A DNA stretch of 50,137 nucleotides from Patescibacteria group bacterium (GTDB lineage Bacteria > Patescibacteriota > Minisyncoccia > Minisyncoccales > GCA-002788555): assembly GCA_043803845.1 (NCBI GenBank), contig JAZDJT010000006.1:1-50137 (forward strand), in the 5' to 3' direction. Made by a program: the position numbers and the translations under genes. The notes under the pieces were generated by a model. It did no database searches. It saw nothing but the letters and a program-made list of their open reading frames with translations, and was not told the origin of the DNA. Positions 1 to 11,363 of this stretch are shown here, piece by piece. Within the stretch, counting starts at the first letter, position 1; the number at the start of each line of letters is the position of its first letter.

Positions 1-291
1 ACCGGTACTTGGGAACAAGCACAAAAATATATGGAGATGGGATTTTATCTGGGTTTCAACGGAATCATTTTTAAATTAAATTTAGATGAGGTGATAAAAA
101 AGACTCCCCTTGATAAAATTTTAATTGAAACGGACTGTCCTTATTTAACGCCTCCCCCTTTTGAGAAAGAGAGAAACGAACCACTGTATCTAAGATACAT
201 AGTAAATAAGATTGCCCACTTAAGGAAAACAACTTCGGCACAAATTATTGATGTCACAACCAAAAATGCGCGAAAACTCTTCAAAATATAA
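1..291 (+). CDS. TatD-family metal-dependent hydrolase, C-terminal fragment (5' end lies outside the window)
   Basis: Frame 1 is open from base 1. The tail reads GFYLGFNGIIF...ILIETDCPYLTPPP...NEP, matching the conserved TatD C-terminal motifs (ETDxPYL, NxP). Confidence 0.75.
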   Translation, partial: TGTWEQAQKYMEMGFYLGFNGIIFKLNLDEVIKKTPLDKILIETDCPYLTPPPFEKERNEPLYLRYIVNKIAHLRKTTSAQIIDVTTKNARKLFKI

Positions 292-814
292 CTGGTATGT
301 CGTCACCGGAGGCCCGTCGTCAGGCAAGACTACCGTCTTGAAAGAGTTAGAGAGAAGAGGATATATAATTTTTCCCGAGGCGGCAAGATTGTTAATCGAT
401 GAAGAGATGGGGGAAGGCAAGACGTTAGAAGAGATTAGAAGTAATGAAGCAGAATTTCAGAAAAGAGTTTTAAAGAAGAAATTGGAGATAGAGAAAAAAG
501 CGCCGCGGGATAAAATTATTTTCTTTGACAGAGCTATACCTGATAGTATTGCTTATTATCAACTTTGCGGGCTAAAGGCGGCAGATGCTCTTAAATTCTG
601 CAAAAAGGGTAGGTACAAAAAGGTATTTCTTTTTGAGCAGCTGTCTTTCATCAGAGATTATGCGAGAAACGAAAATGACAGAACCGTTAAGAAATTAAAC
701 AGGTTACTTGAAGAAAGTTATAAAAGACTGAATTATAAAATAATCAGAGTTCCCGTTGCTTCAGTCGATAAAAGAGTTAAAAGAATACTGGAAGAGATAG
801 AAGCATTTATCTAA
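248..814 (+). CDS. P-loop AAA-type ATPase (NadR/AAA_28-like)
   Basis: 188-aa ORF with Walker A VTGGPSSGKTT near the N-terminus and FFDRAIPDSIAY downstream. The start is uncertain (ATG at 248, 251 or 266) and overlaps the TatD end. Confidence 0.6.
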   Translation: MMSQPKMRENSSKYNWYVVTGGPSSGKTTVLKELERRGYIIFPEAARLLIDEEMGEGKTLEEIRSNEAEFQKRVLKKKLEIEKKAPRDKIIFFDRAIPDSIAYYQLCGLKAADALKFCKKGRYKKVFLFEQLSFIRDYARNENDRTVKKLNRLLEESYKRLNYKIIRVPVASVDKRVKRILEEIEAFI

Positions 815-1907
815 AACATCTCCAATATTTTTTGAGGATTTCTTTCAATTTTTTAACTGTCTCCTTAGTTTCTGTAAGTTTAGCGTCTTTTGATGGGGCT
901 AATTTTCCTTGAGGATCCGTTATCGAAACAGGCAAATCCAAAAGGCCCGCTAATAATGATGTCCAGGCCAACGGCAAGATCTCTCTATTGTAACCGGAGG
1001 CCAGAAGGTCTACTTCTCTGCCGCCGCAGAATAATTTGCTAAGCCTTTTTACGTTTTCTCCTATCATTTTAAAACCATCCAAGGTTAATCCCAAATTAGC
1101 CAAACCATCATTGAAGTAAGCATCAGAGCCGCCGTATCTTATTATCAATTCAGGCTTAAATTCTTCTGCCAGAGGGAAAATTATCTCTCTGAAAACATAT
1201 TGATAAGCGTTATCGCCGGCTCCAATCGCGAGAGGCACGTTTACGATAAGTCCTTCTCCTTTTTTGCTTCCAATCTCTTCGAGGAATCCTGTGCCTGGAT
1301 AGATTGTTCGGGGATTCTGATGCAAGTCTATAAGAAGAACTCGGCCATCTTCATAAAAAGCCTCGGCAGTGCCATTGCCGGCGTGGACGTCGGTATCTAA
1401 AATCAAAATTTTTTTAGCTCCCTGGGAGAGAAGTTTCTTGGCAGCGATTACAACATCGTTATAAAAACAAAATCCCTCGCCTCTTCGTGCCTTGGCGTGA
1501 TGAAGTCCTCCTCCAAGGCTTACCGCTTTCTGAAATTTTCTTTCAAACACTAATTCTGCGGCTTTTATAGAGCTACCGACAGAAATTCTTGCCGCTTTTT
1601 CAATGCCTTTTGGCAGATAACCCGTTTGAGGGTCTGTATTATCCGGGGTTATGTATTGAAAAATTTCTTCTGAGATAGTTTCTTTTGAAGCGGCGGTTAT
1701 TACTTTGATATAATCCTTACTGTGAAAAAGCTCTAAATCTTTTTCTTCTGCCGCTGGAGGGTTAATTAATTGAAAGTAATCTTCAAAGTCAGCCAACTCT
1801 CTTTTAAGAAAATCAAAAAATCTCTTAAATCTTTCACCATCAAAAGGATGTCCCTGTCCAAAATTATATTTCTGGATTTCTGGGTTATACAAAAGGGCGG
1901 TTTTCAT
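807..1907 (-). CDS. Histone deacetylase-family protein (acetoin utilisation AcuC / acetylpolyamine amidohydrolase-like)
   Basis: 366-aa ORF with GGGLHHAKARRGEGFCFYND and LDTDVHAGNGT, the zinc and catalytic motifs of class I/II HDAC-like enzymes. Confidence 0.85.
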   Translation of the reverse strand: MKTALLYNPEIQKYNFGQGHPFDGERFKRFFDFLKRELADFEDYFQLINPPAAEEKDLELFHSKDYIKVITAASKETISEEIFQYITPDNTDPQTGYLPKGIEKAARISVGSSIKAAELVFERKFQKAVSLGGGLHHAKARRGEGFCFYNDVVIAAKKLLSQGAKKILILDTDVHAGNGTAEAFYEDGRVLLIDLHQNPRTIYPGTGFLEEIGSKKGEGLIVNVPLAIGAGDNAYQYVFREIIFPLAEEFKPELIIRYGGSDAYFNDGLANLGLTLDGFKMIGENVKRLSKLFCGGREVDLLASGYNREILPLAWTSLLAGLLDLPVSITDPQGKLAPSKDAKLTETKETVKKLKEILKKYWRCFR

Positions 1908-2020
1908 ATGATGCTATTTAATTATACAGCATTAATCTGCCTCTAAAAAGCATTAACTCCGCTTTAAAAAATTATTCTTTTGTGATAAAATGAGGCAGTA
2001 AAATAATCCGAATAAAATTT

Positions 2021-2587
2021 ATGCTGAAGTATAATGAACTTAAAAAGGGGACGATTTTTTTATTCGAAGGAGACCCCTATGAAGTTTTGGAGTACGACTT
2101 TTTGAGAAAACAACAGCGGCGTCCCGTCGCCAAAACAAAAATCAGAAACTTGAAAAATGGAAAGGTTATCTCCCGTAATTTTCAGCAAAGCGAAGTGTTT
2201 GAAGAGGCGGAACTGGAAATCAAAAATATAAAATTCATTTACGGCCACCGAGGGAAATTCATGTTCGCCTATGTCGATAATCCCTCCCAGAGATTTGAAT
2301 TGCCAGCCGAAGTCTTGGGAGAAAAAACCGATTATCTAAGGCCCAATTCTCAAGTGGAAGCAATTTTATTCGAGAACAACGTAATCAACATCAGGCTTCC
2401 CATAAAGATGGATTTTAAAGTGATTGAGTGCCCACCGTCTTATAAAGGCAACACCGCCCAGGGCGGAGGGAAAACGGCCGTCATTGAAACGAATGCCAAA
2501 ATTGAAGTGCCGATGTTTATTAAAGAAGGGGATTTTATCAGGGTGAACACCCAGGACCATAAATATATCGAGAGAGTCTCTAAATAA
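2021..2587 (+). CDS. efp: Translation elongation factor P
   Basis: 188 aa. The N-terminus LKKGTIFLFEGDPYEVLEYDF...KPGKG-like loop (RRPVAKTKIRNLKNGKV) and the overall length are typical of EF-P. Confidence 0.93.
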   Translation: MLKYNELKKGTIFLFEGDPYEVLEYDFLRKQQRRPVAKTKIRNLKNGKVISRNFQQSEVFEEAELEIKNIKFIYGHRGKFMFAYVDNPSQRFELPAEVLGEKTDYLRPNSQVEAILFENNVINIRLPIKMDFKVIECPPSYKGNTAQGGGKTAVIETNAKIEVPMFIKEGDFIRVNTQDHKYIERVSK

Positions 2588-2595
2588 TATTTTCT

Positions 2596-3105
2596 ATGGA
2601 TAACATAGAGGCGGAAAATATCTTAAAGGGTAAAATAGCCGAGGTTTTGGTTGAGGAGTTGTTGAGAAGATGCAGGAATAAGGTTTATCGGTTTGGCAAC
2701 GGAGAGATTTTAAAAAACTTGTCACAATCAGAAAAATTTTTTGACAGAGAGGGCGGAATCGGCAGAAAAATTTCTTCCATTCCTGACTTTTTGGTAACCA
2801 CAAAGGAAAGGAAAATCTATTTCTTAGAAGTGAAATTCAGAAGCGATCCCGAGGCCTTAGAAGAAGAGCTTTTGCTGGAGAAAGAAATCATTGAAAAAAT
2901 CTGGAAAGCAAAGATAGTTTTGGTAACCTCGAAAGAGAAACCCTATTTCCGGGTTCTGATACCGCCTTACTTCGCGAAAGAGAAAAGAGAAGGTTGGCCG
3001 ATTCCAGTTTTGAACTGGCTGCCCTTGGAAGACGATCCGGACCTCAATGTGAAATCAAAAGTTCTCAAGGAGTTCAATGAACTTATAGAAAAGTATTACA
3101 GATAA
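2596..3105 (+). CDS. Hypothetical protein, possible PD-(D/E)xK nuclease-fold protein
   Basis: 169-aa ORF. GKIAEVLVEELL...(SIPDFLV)...YFLEVKF gives an E...D...E-x-K spacing like Hjc/YraN-type nucleases. This rests on motifs only. Confidence 0.35.
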   Translation: MDNIEAENILKGKIAEVLVEELLRRCRNKVYRFGNGEILKNLSQSEKFFDREGGIGRKISSIPDFLVTTKERKIYFLEVKFRSDPEALEEELLLEKEIIEKIWKAKIVLVTSKEKPYFRVLIPPYFAKEKREGWPIPVLNWLPLEDDPDLNVKSKVLKEFNELIEKYYR

Positions 3106-3118
3106 AAAAGTATCTCTC

Positions 3119-3643
3119 ATGGAAAAAGGGATTTTGGACCCAAGGCTTCATCGCGTTTCGTCCACAGCTATTATTCATAAAAATGGCAAGTATTTAATAG
3201 TAAAAAGATCTCCAAAAGTAAAAGCTTTTCCCGTCCAGTGGACTGTTCCTGGCGGTGGATTAGAAGTGGAAGATTATATTAATACCCCCAAAACTACTTC
3301 GGATTCCTGGTATTTTGGAGTAATTAATTCTTTAAAAAGAGAAATACGAGAAGAGGTGAATCTTGAAATCAAAGATTTAAGATACCTTGTTGATATAATT
3401 TTTATTCGGCCAGATAAAATACCGGTTATAGTCTTAAGCTATTTTTGCCAATGGAAATCTAGCAAGGTAAAGCTTAGTGATGAACACACAGATTATGCCT
3501 GGGTGGATTGTAAGGAGGCGAAAAAATATAATCTCATTTCCGGAATCCTTGAAGAAATAGAACTTGCCGATAAAATTTTAAAGGGAGAAAAAATTGACGA
3601 AAATAACATGATTGAAAAATTTAAAAAGAGATATGGAGTATAA
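3119..3643 (+). CDS. NUDIX hydrolase
   Basis: 174 aa. The Nudix box elements are GGGLEVED ... REIREEVNL, with an unusually long spacer between the G and REx2EE parts. Confidence 0.8.
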   Translation: MEKGILDPRLHRVSSTAIIHKNGKYLIVKRSPKVKAFPVQWTVPGGGLEVEDYINTPKTTSDSWYFGVINSLKREIREEVNLEIKDLRYLVDIIFIRPDKIPVIVLSYFCQWKSSKVKLSDEHTDYAWVDCKEAKKYNLISGILEEIELADKILKGEKIDENNMIEKFKKRYGV

Positions 3644-6089
3644 TCATCGAGAAATTGAAAAAAATTGGCAGGAATACTGGCAAAAAGAGGGATTTTATAA
3701 GGGGGAAGATTTTTCCAAAAAGAAGAAAAAATATATTTTAATCGAATTCCCTTATCCCTCCGGCGCGGGACTCCACGTCGGCCATGCCAGGAGTTATTCG
3801 GCTCTTGATGCGATAGCCCGTAAAAAAAGAATGGAGGGTTATAACGTCCTCTTTCCTATTGGATGGGACGCCTTCGGACTACCTACCGAAAATTATGCCT
3901 TAAAGACCGGCGTTCACCCGAGCGTTGCCACCGCCAAAAACATAGAGAACTTTAAAAGGCAGTTGAAAAGCTTGGGACTCTCTTTTGACTGGTCTCGCGA
4001 GATAAACACGACCGACCCCAAATATTACAAATGGACGCAGTGGATTTTCTTGAAGCTTTTTGAGAAGGGTTTAGCCTACCAAGCGGAGATACCTATAAAT
4101 TGGTGCCCGTCTTGTAAGATTGGATTGGCCAACGAGGAGGTTCTCGAGGGAGAGTGCGAGCGCTGCCATACTAAGACGGGTAAAAAAACGATAAAGCAGT
4201 GGATGTTAAAGATAACCGCTTATGCCGATAGGCTGATAGATGACTTGGGAAGCGTTGATTATCCGGAGAAGGTGAAGAGTCAACAGAAAAATTGGATTGG
4301 CAGAAGCTACGGTACCGAAATAGACTTTAAAGTAGAAGGATCTTCAAAAATCATTAAGGTTTTTACAACCAGGGTCGATACCATTTTCGGAGTGACGGCG
4401 GTTGTTTTGGCTCCGGAGCACGCTTTGGCTCAAGAATTAATCACCAAAGAAAATGAAGGGAAGGCGAAAGAATACATTGCCGCCGCCAGGGGAAAGAGTG
4501 ATTTTGAAAGAGAAAAGGCAGGAAAGAAAAAAACCGGTGTTTTCACCGGCTCCTATTGCCTGAATCCCGTTAACTCGAAAAAGGTACCAATATGGATAGG
4601 GGATTACGTTCTCGCTTCTTACGGCGGGGGAGCGGTGATGGTGGTTCCGGCGCACGACAGGAGAGATTATGACTTTGCTAAAATATATAAATTGCCGATA
4701 GTCAAAGTAATAGTCCCACCTGAGGTCATGTCTCATCCTTTTCAAAGATCGGCTGGGATTTGGGGTAAATCAGAATCAGATTTAGAAAGTGAATGCTGGG
4801 AAGGGGAGGGGAAATTAATAAATTCCGATCAGTTCGACGGGTTGTCTTCAGAGGACGCGATAGAAAAAATAAATCAATGGGTAGAGAAAGATAATTCCGG
4901 AGGGAAAGCAACCCATTATAAATTTAGGGACTGGGTTTTTTCGCGTCAGCATTATTGGGGTGAGCCGATACCGATTATCCATTGCCAAAGATGTGGTACG
5001 GTTGCGGTGCCAGAAAAAGATTTGCCGATTGAGCTTCCCTACATAGAAAAATACCAGCCGACGGGAACTGGAGAATCGCCTCTGGCAGTAATAAAAGAGT
5101 GGGTCAATACAAAATGCCCGAAATGTGGAGGACCAGCCAAAAGAGAAACCGACACGATGCCTAACTGGGCGGGTTCCAACTGGTATTATATGCGTTATAC
5201 GGACGCACACAATGATAAATCTTTGGCCGATAGAAAAAAACTGGATTATTGGATGCCGATTGACTGGTATAACGGCGGATTCGAACACACCACCTTACAT
5301 CTTTTGTATTCTCGTTTCATCTATAAATTCCTTTTCGATATTGGAGTCGCTCCGCAGAGTGAACCCTATAAAAAAAGGACTTCTCACGGAATAGTTTTGG
5401 CGGAGGACGGGAGAAAAATGTCCAAATCTTTCGGTAACGTTATCAATCCCGATGAGATTGTCGAAAAATACGGCGCGGATACTTTGAGATTGTACGAAAT
5501 GTTCATGGGACCTTTTGAGCAAGCGATATCCTGGAGCGCCAGCGGAGTCAGAGGCGTCTGGAGATTTATTGAGAGATTAATCAGTCTTTTTGAAGAGACA
5601 CTCGGCAAAAAGAATAGCAGTAAAGAAATTCTTAGTGCCGTTAACAAATTAAATAAAAAGGTAGATGGAGATTTAGAATCGATGAAATTTAATACCTCGG
5701 TGGCCGGCTTTATGGAATTTTTGAATCTTTGCATTGAAAAGAAAAAAGACGTCGGGAGGGATGCCATTGAAAGATTCCTGTTGCTTCTCGCGCCCTTTGC
5801 ACCGCACATCGCAGAAGAGCTTTGGCGCAAGCTAGGTAATCAAAAAAGTATTTTTGGCCAAGATTGGCCACATTATGACAGCAAAATAATCAAAGAAAAA
5901 TTTGTTACGATGATAGTTCAGGTTGACGGAAAAGTTCGAGACAAGATAAGAATCACTCCAGAAATTTCAGAGAAAAAAGCCAAAGAGATTGCGCTTTCCA
6001 GCCCAAGAGTTAAAAAATGGATAAAAGGCAAGGAGGTCAAAAAAGTAATCTCTGTTATACCAAAGTTAATCAATATAGTTGTAAAATGA
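3633..6089 (+). CDS. leuS: Leucyl-tRNA synthetase
   Basis: It has the class I HIGH variant (HVGHARSY), KMSKS, and Zn-binding CPSC...CERC, with the MEYNHREIEKNWQEYW N-terminus typical of LeuRS. The ORF is open from 3612; I chose the ATG at 3633. Confidence 0.95.
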   Translation: MEYNHREIEKNWQEYWQKEGFYKGEDFSKKKKKYILIEFPYPSGAGLHVGHARSYSALDAIARKKRMEGYNVLFPIGWDAFGLPTENYALKTGVHPSVATAKNIENFKRQLKSLGLSFDWSREINTTDPKYYKWTQWIFLKLFEKGLAYQAEIPINWCPSCKIGLANEEVLEGECERCHTKTGKKTIKQWMLKITAYADRLIDDLGSVDYPEKVKSQQKNWIGRSYGTEIDFKVEGSSKIIKVFTTRVDTIFGVTAVVLAPEHALAQELITKENEGKAKEYIAAARGKSDFEREKAGKKKTGVFTGSYCLNPVNSKKVPIWIGDYVLASYGGGAVMVVPAHDRRDYDFAKIYKLPIVKVIVPPEVMSHPFQRSAGIWGKSESDLESECWEGEGKLINSDQFDGLSSEDAIEKINQWVEKDNSGGKATHYKFRDWVFSRQHYWGEPIPIIHCQRCGTVAVPEKDLPIELPYIEKYQPTGTGESPLAVIKEWVNTKCPKCGGPAKRETDTMPNWAGSNWYYMRYTDAHNDKSLADRKKLDYWMPIDWYNGGFEHTTLHLLYSRFIYKFLFDIGVAPQSEPYKKRTSHGIVLAEDGRKMSKSFGNVINPDEIVEKYGADTLRLYEMFMGPFEQAISWSASGVRGVWRFIERLISLFEETLGKKNSSKEILSAVNKLNKKVDGDLESMKFNTSVAGFMEFLNLCIEKKKDVGRDAIERFLLLLAPFAPHIAEELWRKLGNQKSIFGQDWPHYDSKIIKEKFVTMIVQVDGKVRDKIRITPEISEKKAKEIALSSPRVKKWIKGKEVKKVISVIPKLINIVVK

Positions 6090-6131
6090 TAAACTAAGTG
6101 ATAGTATAAAAAAAATAATTATAGCAACCAT

Positions 6132-7964
6132 ATGTGCGGTATCGTAGGTTATATAGGCAAAAGTAAAGACCCTCGCATCGGTCTTGAAGCGTTAAAGAGG
6201 TTGGAGTACCGTGGTTATGATTCGGCAGGAATGGTAGTGATAAGCCAGGAGAAGAAAGAAATTTTTGCTTTAAAAACGGTTGGCAGAATCTCATCTCTGG
6301 AGAAAAAGTTTTCCGAATTCAAGATAAAAGGAGAACCTTTCATAATGCACACCCGTTGGGCTACTCACGGTGAGCCCTCCGAAGTTAATGCTCACCCCCA
6401 CTGCGACTGCAAAAAGAACATCTGGGTTGTACATAATGGCATCATTGAAAACTACAAGGCGCTAAAGAAAAAACTGGAGAAAAAAGGGCATAAATTTATA
6501 TCGCAGACCGATACGGAAGTTCTTCCCCACCTGATTGAACACTTTTTCAAGGGTAATTTAGAGGAGGCAGTGAGAAAGGCATTAAAATTGGTAAAGGGTA
6601 CTTACGGCATAGCGGTGATATCGAAGGAAGACCCTCAAAAAATAGTAGCCGCCAAGAATTCCAGTCCGTTAGTTATGGCCTTTAATGACGATGGCGGTAT
6701 TTTGGCTTCTGATGCCGCAGCTATAATTTCTCATTCCAGAAAAGTGATTTTTTTAGAAGATAGAGAGATTGCTGTAGCCACCCCTCGGGACTTTTTTGTT
6801 ACTGACCTGGAGAATCATTTAAAAGAAAAGGAGGCGACCGAACTCGATTGGACGGTGGAGAAAGCGCAAAAGAGCGGTTATCCGCATTTTATGCTGAAAG
6901 AGATAATCGAGCAGCCAGACAGTTTAACCGATTCCCAAAGAGGAAGAGTTATGGTCGAGGAGGGCATGGCAAAACTGGGAGGGCTGGAAGACGTTAAGGA
7001 TAAGTTGAGAGAAATTCAAAGGTTAATCATCGTCGCCTGCGGCACTGCTTATTATTCGGGACTTGTAGGCGAGTATATGTTGGAAGAATATGCTGGCATA
7101 CCGACCGAAGTAGAATTAAGCTCGGAATTCCGCTACAGGAAACCTATTCTCGATAAAAAAACGGCGGTTATTGCCATTTCTCAGAGTGGAGAGACTGCCG
7201 ACACATTAGCGGCAGTGAGAGAAGCGAAAGAAAAGGGTATCATGTCTTTGGGCATTGTCAACACGGTGGGTTCAACCATCGCTCGGGAGACAGATGCCGG
7301 CGTCTACAACCACGCAGGTCCGGAGATCGGAGTCGCCTCAACAAAAGCATTCACTTCACAGCTTGAAGTTTTGGCTCTGTGGACATTGCTGCTTGGCAGG
7401 CAGCGTCAGATGTCGCTGGTGATGGGTCAGCGTATCGCCAAAGAAATACTCAAATTACCCACATTGGTTAAAAAAACTCTTTCATTAAAAGATGAGATTG
7501 AAAGACTAGCTAAAAAATACAAGAACTACGAAGATTTTCTATTCATCGGAAGAAAATATAATTACCCAATTGCACTCGAGGGAGCATTAAAATTAAAAGA
7601 AATATCATATATTCATGCAGAGGGCTATGGTGGCGGAGAGATGAAGCACGGACCAATCGCGCTGATAGATAAAAATTTCCCAACGTTTGCTATCGTGCCA
7701 GTGGATAGCGTCTATGAAAAAATGATATCCAACATACAGGAGATCAAGGCGAGGAAAGGGAAAATCATCGCCATGACCACAGAGGGTAACAAAGAAATGA
7801 AGAGCTTGGTTGATGACGTCATTTATATTCCCAAAACCCTCGAGATGCTCACTCCGATTTTATCGGTTATCCCCTTGCAACTCTTCGCTTATTTTACAGG
7901 AGTTTTAAGGTCCTGCGACGTAGATAAGCCTAGAAACTTAGCAAAGTCGGTGACGGTTGAGTAA
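6132..7964 (+). CDS. glmS: Glutamine--fructose-6-phosphate aminotransferase
   Basis: The 610-aa ORF starts MCGIVGYIG (Ntn Cys2) and has two SIS domains. The C-terminus DKPRNLAKSVTVE is canonical. Confidence 0.96.
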   Translation: MCGIVGYIGKSKDPRIGLEALKRLEYRGYDSAGMVVISQEKKEIFALKTVGRISSLEKKFSEFKIKGEPFIMHTRWATHGEPSEVNAHPHCDCKKNIWVVHNGIIENYKALKKKLEKKGHKFISQTDTEVLPHLIEHFFKGNLEEAVRKALKLVKGTYGIAVISKEDPQKIVAAKNSSPLVMAFNDDGGILASDAAAIISHSRKVIFLEDREIAVATPRDFFVTDLENHLKEKEATELDWTVEKAQKSGYPHFMLKEIIEQPDSLTDSQRGRVMVEEGMAKLGGLEDVKDKLREIQRLIIVACGTAYYSGLVGEYMLEEYAGIPTEVELSSEFRYRKPILDKKTAVIAISQSGETADTLAAVREAKEKGIMSLGIVNTVGSTIARETDAGVYNHAGPEIGVASTKAFTSQLEVLALWTLLLGRQRQMSLVMGQRIAKEILKLPTLVKKTLSLKDEIERLAKKYKNYEDFLFIGRKYNYPIALEGALKLKEISYIHAEGYGGGEMKHGPIALIDKNFPTFAIVPVDSVYEKMISNIQEIKARKGKIIAMTTEGNKEMKSLVDDVIYIPKTLEMLTPILSVIPLQLFAYFTGVLRSCDVDKPRNLAKSVTVE

Positions 7965-7998
7965 AAGTTGCCATTTGAAGATTTTAAAAGAATTCCTC

Positions 7999-8027
7999 TT
8001 GACATTCTTTTCATTTTAGATTAATAT
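7999..8027 (+). promoter_or_regulatory. Putative rpoBC promoter
   Basis: TTGACA (7999-8004), 17 nt, TAATAT (8022-8027). A second TTGACA follows at 8028. Confidence 0.5.
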
Positions 8028-8169
8028 TGACAAGATACAGATTAATTTAATAACATAATCTTTGTTTTGCAGTCCCATCTTTAAATTTTAGGATTAATCT
8101 CGAAGACCCCTTCTCTTGATTTCGGGTTCTTTTTATCATTTTAGTTCAATCAAAAGAGAGAGAATAACT

Positions 8170-11100
8170 ATGAGAAAAAAGAATTTTGGAAAATATTCTT
8201 TTAAATTTCCTTATCCCAACCTTATAAGGTTCCAGATTGATTCTTACGAAGATTTTTTTAAGAAATCTCTCAAAAATCTCTTAAAAGAGTTTTCGCCGAT
8301 AAAAGATTATACGGGTAAGGAATTCGAGCTTTATTTCGATGACTTTATTCTGAAAGAGCCCGAGTCAACTCCTACTGAAGCCAAGTCTAACAACGCTTCT
8401 TACGAAGCACCTCTCTTCGTTCGCTGCAATCTCAAAATAAAGAGCACTGAAGACAGCATACAGAGGGAGGTTTATTTTTGTGATTTTCCCTTGATTACCG
8501 AAAGGGGCACTTTTATTTTGAACGGCGTTGAGAGAATACTGGTTTCACAGTTAATCAGAAGCCCGGGAGCGTTTTTCACAATAAATAATTTTTACGGAAA
8601 GAAATTGGCCGGGGCAAAGATAATTCCTAACCGAGGAGCTTGGCTGGAATTTGAGACGGATCCAGCCGGTGTTATTTGGGTTAAGATTGACCGGAAGAGA
8701 AGGGTGCCGTCAACTATGCTGCTCAGAATATTCGGTATAGGCGACAACGAAAAAATAAAAAAGGTTTTTGAAAAGAACATTGAAGGAAGTGAAATAGATT
8801 ATATCGGAAAGACTCTTGGAAAGGATACGACCAAGAATAAAGATGAGGCGATGGTTGAATTGCATACGCATCTAAGGCCCGGTGACTTGGCTACACTCGA
8901 AAACGCAAAAGAGTACTTGGAGGGAATGTTTTTCAACTCCAAACGCTATGAGCTATCCGAAGTAGGAAGGTGGAGAATTCAGCAAAGATTGTCTCTGGCG
9001 GAAAGGCCAACTTTTAAAGATAACCAAACATTAAGTCTAGAAGACATCATTTTAACTCTACAGGAGATTATAAGACTAAATAAATATCCTAAAGCTCAGT
9101 CCGATAATATTGACCACTTGGGAAATCGTCGGATAAGGGCGATAAGCGAGCTTCTAGAATCAAGACTAAGAGTGGGAATGTTGAGGATGGAGAGGATAAT
9201 CAAGGATAGGATGTCTACCATAGACATTTCTGAAGCTGACCCCAAGAGCATTATTAATCCTCGTCCCTTCGCTTCGCAGGTAAAAGAATTTTTCACGCTT
9301 TCCCAGTTATCCCAGTTCATGGACAATGAGAATCCCTTAGCAGAGCTTGAACACAAAAGAAGATTATCAGCCATGGGTCCCGGCGGATTAACAAGAGAAA
9401 GGGGTGGTTTTGAAGTTAGAGACGTTCAGCCAAGCCATTACGGAAGAATCTGCCCGATACAAACCCCCGAGGGTCAGAACGTCGGTTTGATTACCCATCT
9501 AGCCTCTTTTTCCAGGATAGACCGTTTTGGTTTTCTCTTGACTCCTTACCTTAAAGTAAAAGATGGCAAGGTATCAAAAGAAGTAGATTATCTTAATGCT
9601 TACCAAGAAGAAAAATATAATATCGCTCCGGCAAATACGCCTCAAGATTCTTCCAGGAAGATTATCGGCAAGAGAGTGGAGGCGAGAGTAAAAGGAGAGC
9701 CGGGCACTATCGATGTCAAAAAAATAGACTATATAGACGTTTCCCCTCAACAGATTCTGTCAATCGCATCTTCTCTGGTTCCTTTTTTGGAGCACGATGA
9801 TGCCAACAGAGCGCTGATGGGTTCTAATATGCAACGTCAAGCCGTTCCCTGTCTAAGTCCGGAAACGCCGTTGGTTGCGACAGGCGTGGAAGAAAAGGTT
9901 GCTCAAGATTCTGGGCAAGTTATTTTTGCGGATGAAGACGGGGAGATTACTGACTCCGATGCGTCGTGCATAACTCTCTTAACAAAAAAAGGGGTGAGAA
10001 AAAATTACGCACTTTTAAATTTTATAAGGTCTAATCAATACACTAGCATCTCCCAGATTAACAAAGTCAAGAAAGGAGATAAAGTGAAAAAGGGAGAAGT
10101 CCTGGCCGATGGCGTGGCTATCTCTTCGGGAGAATTAGCCTTGGGAAAAAATCTTCTATGTGTTTTTCTTCCTTGGTATGGCGCCAACTATGAAGACGCC
10201 ATTATTCTTTCCGAGAGAGTTGTTGAAGAGGATTTGTTTACTTCTTGCCACATTGAGGATTTTACCTGCGATGTCAGAGAGACGAAATTAGGGCCAGAAG
10301 AAACCACCAATGACATTCCCAATGTCTCCGAAACGAAATTAAAAAATCTCGATAAAGACGGCATAATAAGGATCGGAGCAGAGGTGTCTTCCGGAGACGT
10401 TCTTGTCGGAAAAGTTTCTCCTAAGGGAGAAGAAGAGTTATCTCCCGAGGAGATGTTGCTAAAAAAGATTTTTGGCGAGGAGGCAAAAGAAATAAAAGAC
10501 ACCTCACTATCTTTGTCCCACGGCAAGAGAGGTAAAGTGATCAGAATTAAAATTTTTGACAGGGAAAAAGGCGATAAACTTGAGCCAGGGGTAATTAAGA
10601 GAATTCAAGTCGAGATAGCATACCTGAGAAAAATAAGAGTGGGAGATAAATTAGCTGGACGTCACGGCAACAAAGGAGTTATCTCAAAAATATTGCCCGA
10701 GGAGGAGATGCCTTTTCTGGAAGATGGTACGCCCGTGGATATAATTTTAAATCCTCTATCAGTAGCCTCCAGAATGAATATCGGTCAGATCTTGGAGACG
10801 CACCTGGGCTATGCCGCCAAGAAACTGAATTATCAGGCGATCTGTCCCTCTCTTGACGGACCTAAAGAAATTGAGATTCGAGAAGAACTAAAGAAGGCAA
10901 AAATTTCAGAAGATGGGAAGGAGACAATCTTCGATGGACTAACCGGTAAACCCTTTAAGGAAAGGGTTACTGTTGGATACATTTATATGATGAAACTCAT
11001 TCACATGGTGGAAGACAAGATACATGCGCGTTCGATTGGACCTTACTCTTTGATTACCCAACAGCCCTTGGGCGGAAAATCTCAATTTGGCGGTCAAAGA

Positions 11101-11334
11101 TTCGGTGAAATGGAAGTCTGGGCATTGGAAGGATACGGAGCGGCTTATACATTACAGGAGATGCTTACTATAAAATCGGATGATGTTCCAGGCCGTGCGG
11201 CGGCTTATGAGTCAATTGTTAAAGGTGAGGAAATCAAAACTCCAAACATTCCTTCGTCGTTTAACGTATTGGTTGCCGAGCTAAAATCATTGGGATTGAA
11301 CGTTGAGCTAGTAAAAAAACCTCAAGTTAAATAA
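8170..11334 (+). CDS. rpoB: DNA-directed RNA polymerase beta subunit
   Basis: Contains conserved blocks such as [24 protein letters not shown] and [12 protein letters not shown]. The ORF is open from TTG 8116; I chose the ATG at 8170 (MRKKNFGKY). Confidence 0.97.
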   Translation: MRKKNFGKYSFKFPYPNLIRFQIDSYEDFFKKSLKNLLKEFSPIKDYTGKEFELYFDDFILKEPESTPTEAKSNNASYEAPLFVRCNLKIKSTEDSIQREVYFCDFPLITERGTFILNGVERILVSQLIRSPGAFFTINNFYGKKLAGAKIIPNRGAWLEFETDPAGVIWVKIDRKRRVPSTMLLRIFGIGDNEKIKKVFEKNIEGSEIDYIGKTLGKDTTKNKDEAMVELHTHLRPGDLATLENAKEYLEGMFFNSKRYELSEVGRWRIQQRLSLAERPTFKDNQTLSLEDIILTLQEIIRLNKYPKAQSDNIDHLGNRRIRAISELLESRLRVGMLRMERIIKDRMSTIDISEADPKSIINPRPFASQVKEFFTLSQLSQFMDNENPLAELEHKRRLSAMGPGGLTRERGGFEVRDVQPSHYGRICPIQTPEGQNVGLITHLASFSRIDRFGFLLTPYLKVKDGKVSKEVDYLNAYQEEKYNIAPANTPQDSSRKIIGKRVEARVKGEPGTIDVKKIDYIDVSPQQILSIASSLVPFLEHDDANRALMGSNMQRQAVPCLSPETPLVATGVEEKVAQDSGQVIFADEDGEITDSDASCITLLTKKGVRKNYALLNFIRSNQYTSISQINKVKKGDKVKKGEVLADGVAISSGELALGKNLLCVFLPWYGANYEDAIILSERVVEEDLFTSCHIEDFTCDVRETKLGPEETTNDIPNVSETKLKNLDKDGIIRIGAEVSSGDVLVGKVSPKGEEELSPEEMLLKKIFGEEAKEIKDTSLSLSHGKRGKVIRIKIFDREKGDKLEPGVIKRIQVEIAYLRKIRVGDKLAGRHGNKGVISKILPEEEMPFLEDGTPVDIILNPLSVASRMNIGQILETHLGYAAKKLNYQAICPSLDGPKEIEIREELKKAKISEDGKETIFDGLTGKPFKERVTVGYIYMMKLIHMVEDKIHARSIGPYSLITQQPLGGKSQFGGQRFGEMEVWALEGYGAAYTLQEMLTIKSDDVPGRAAAYESIVKGEEIKTPNIPSSFNVLVAELKSLGLNVELVKKPQVK

Positions 11335-11363
11335 AAAAACGTTGAATAAAAAAATAGCTACAT

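Noticed and set aside
4437-5830. Several antisense or alternative-frame ORFs inside leuS. The same occurs inside rpoB (8592-10526), rpoC (11403-14936), ftsK, valS (20644-22356), ftsZ, nrdD and pyrG.
   Set aside because: They lie entirely within strongly supported conserved genes, have low-complexity Ser/Phe/Leu-rich translations typical of the antisense of purine-rich coding DNA, and match no recognisable family.
6090-6131. Possible glmS ribozyme upstream of glmS.
   Set aside because: Only 42 nt separate leuS and glmS, which is far too short for the roughly 170-nt ribozyme.
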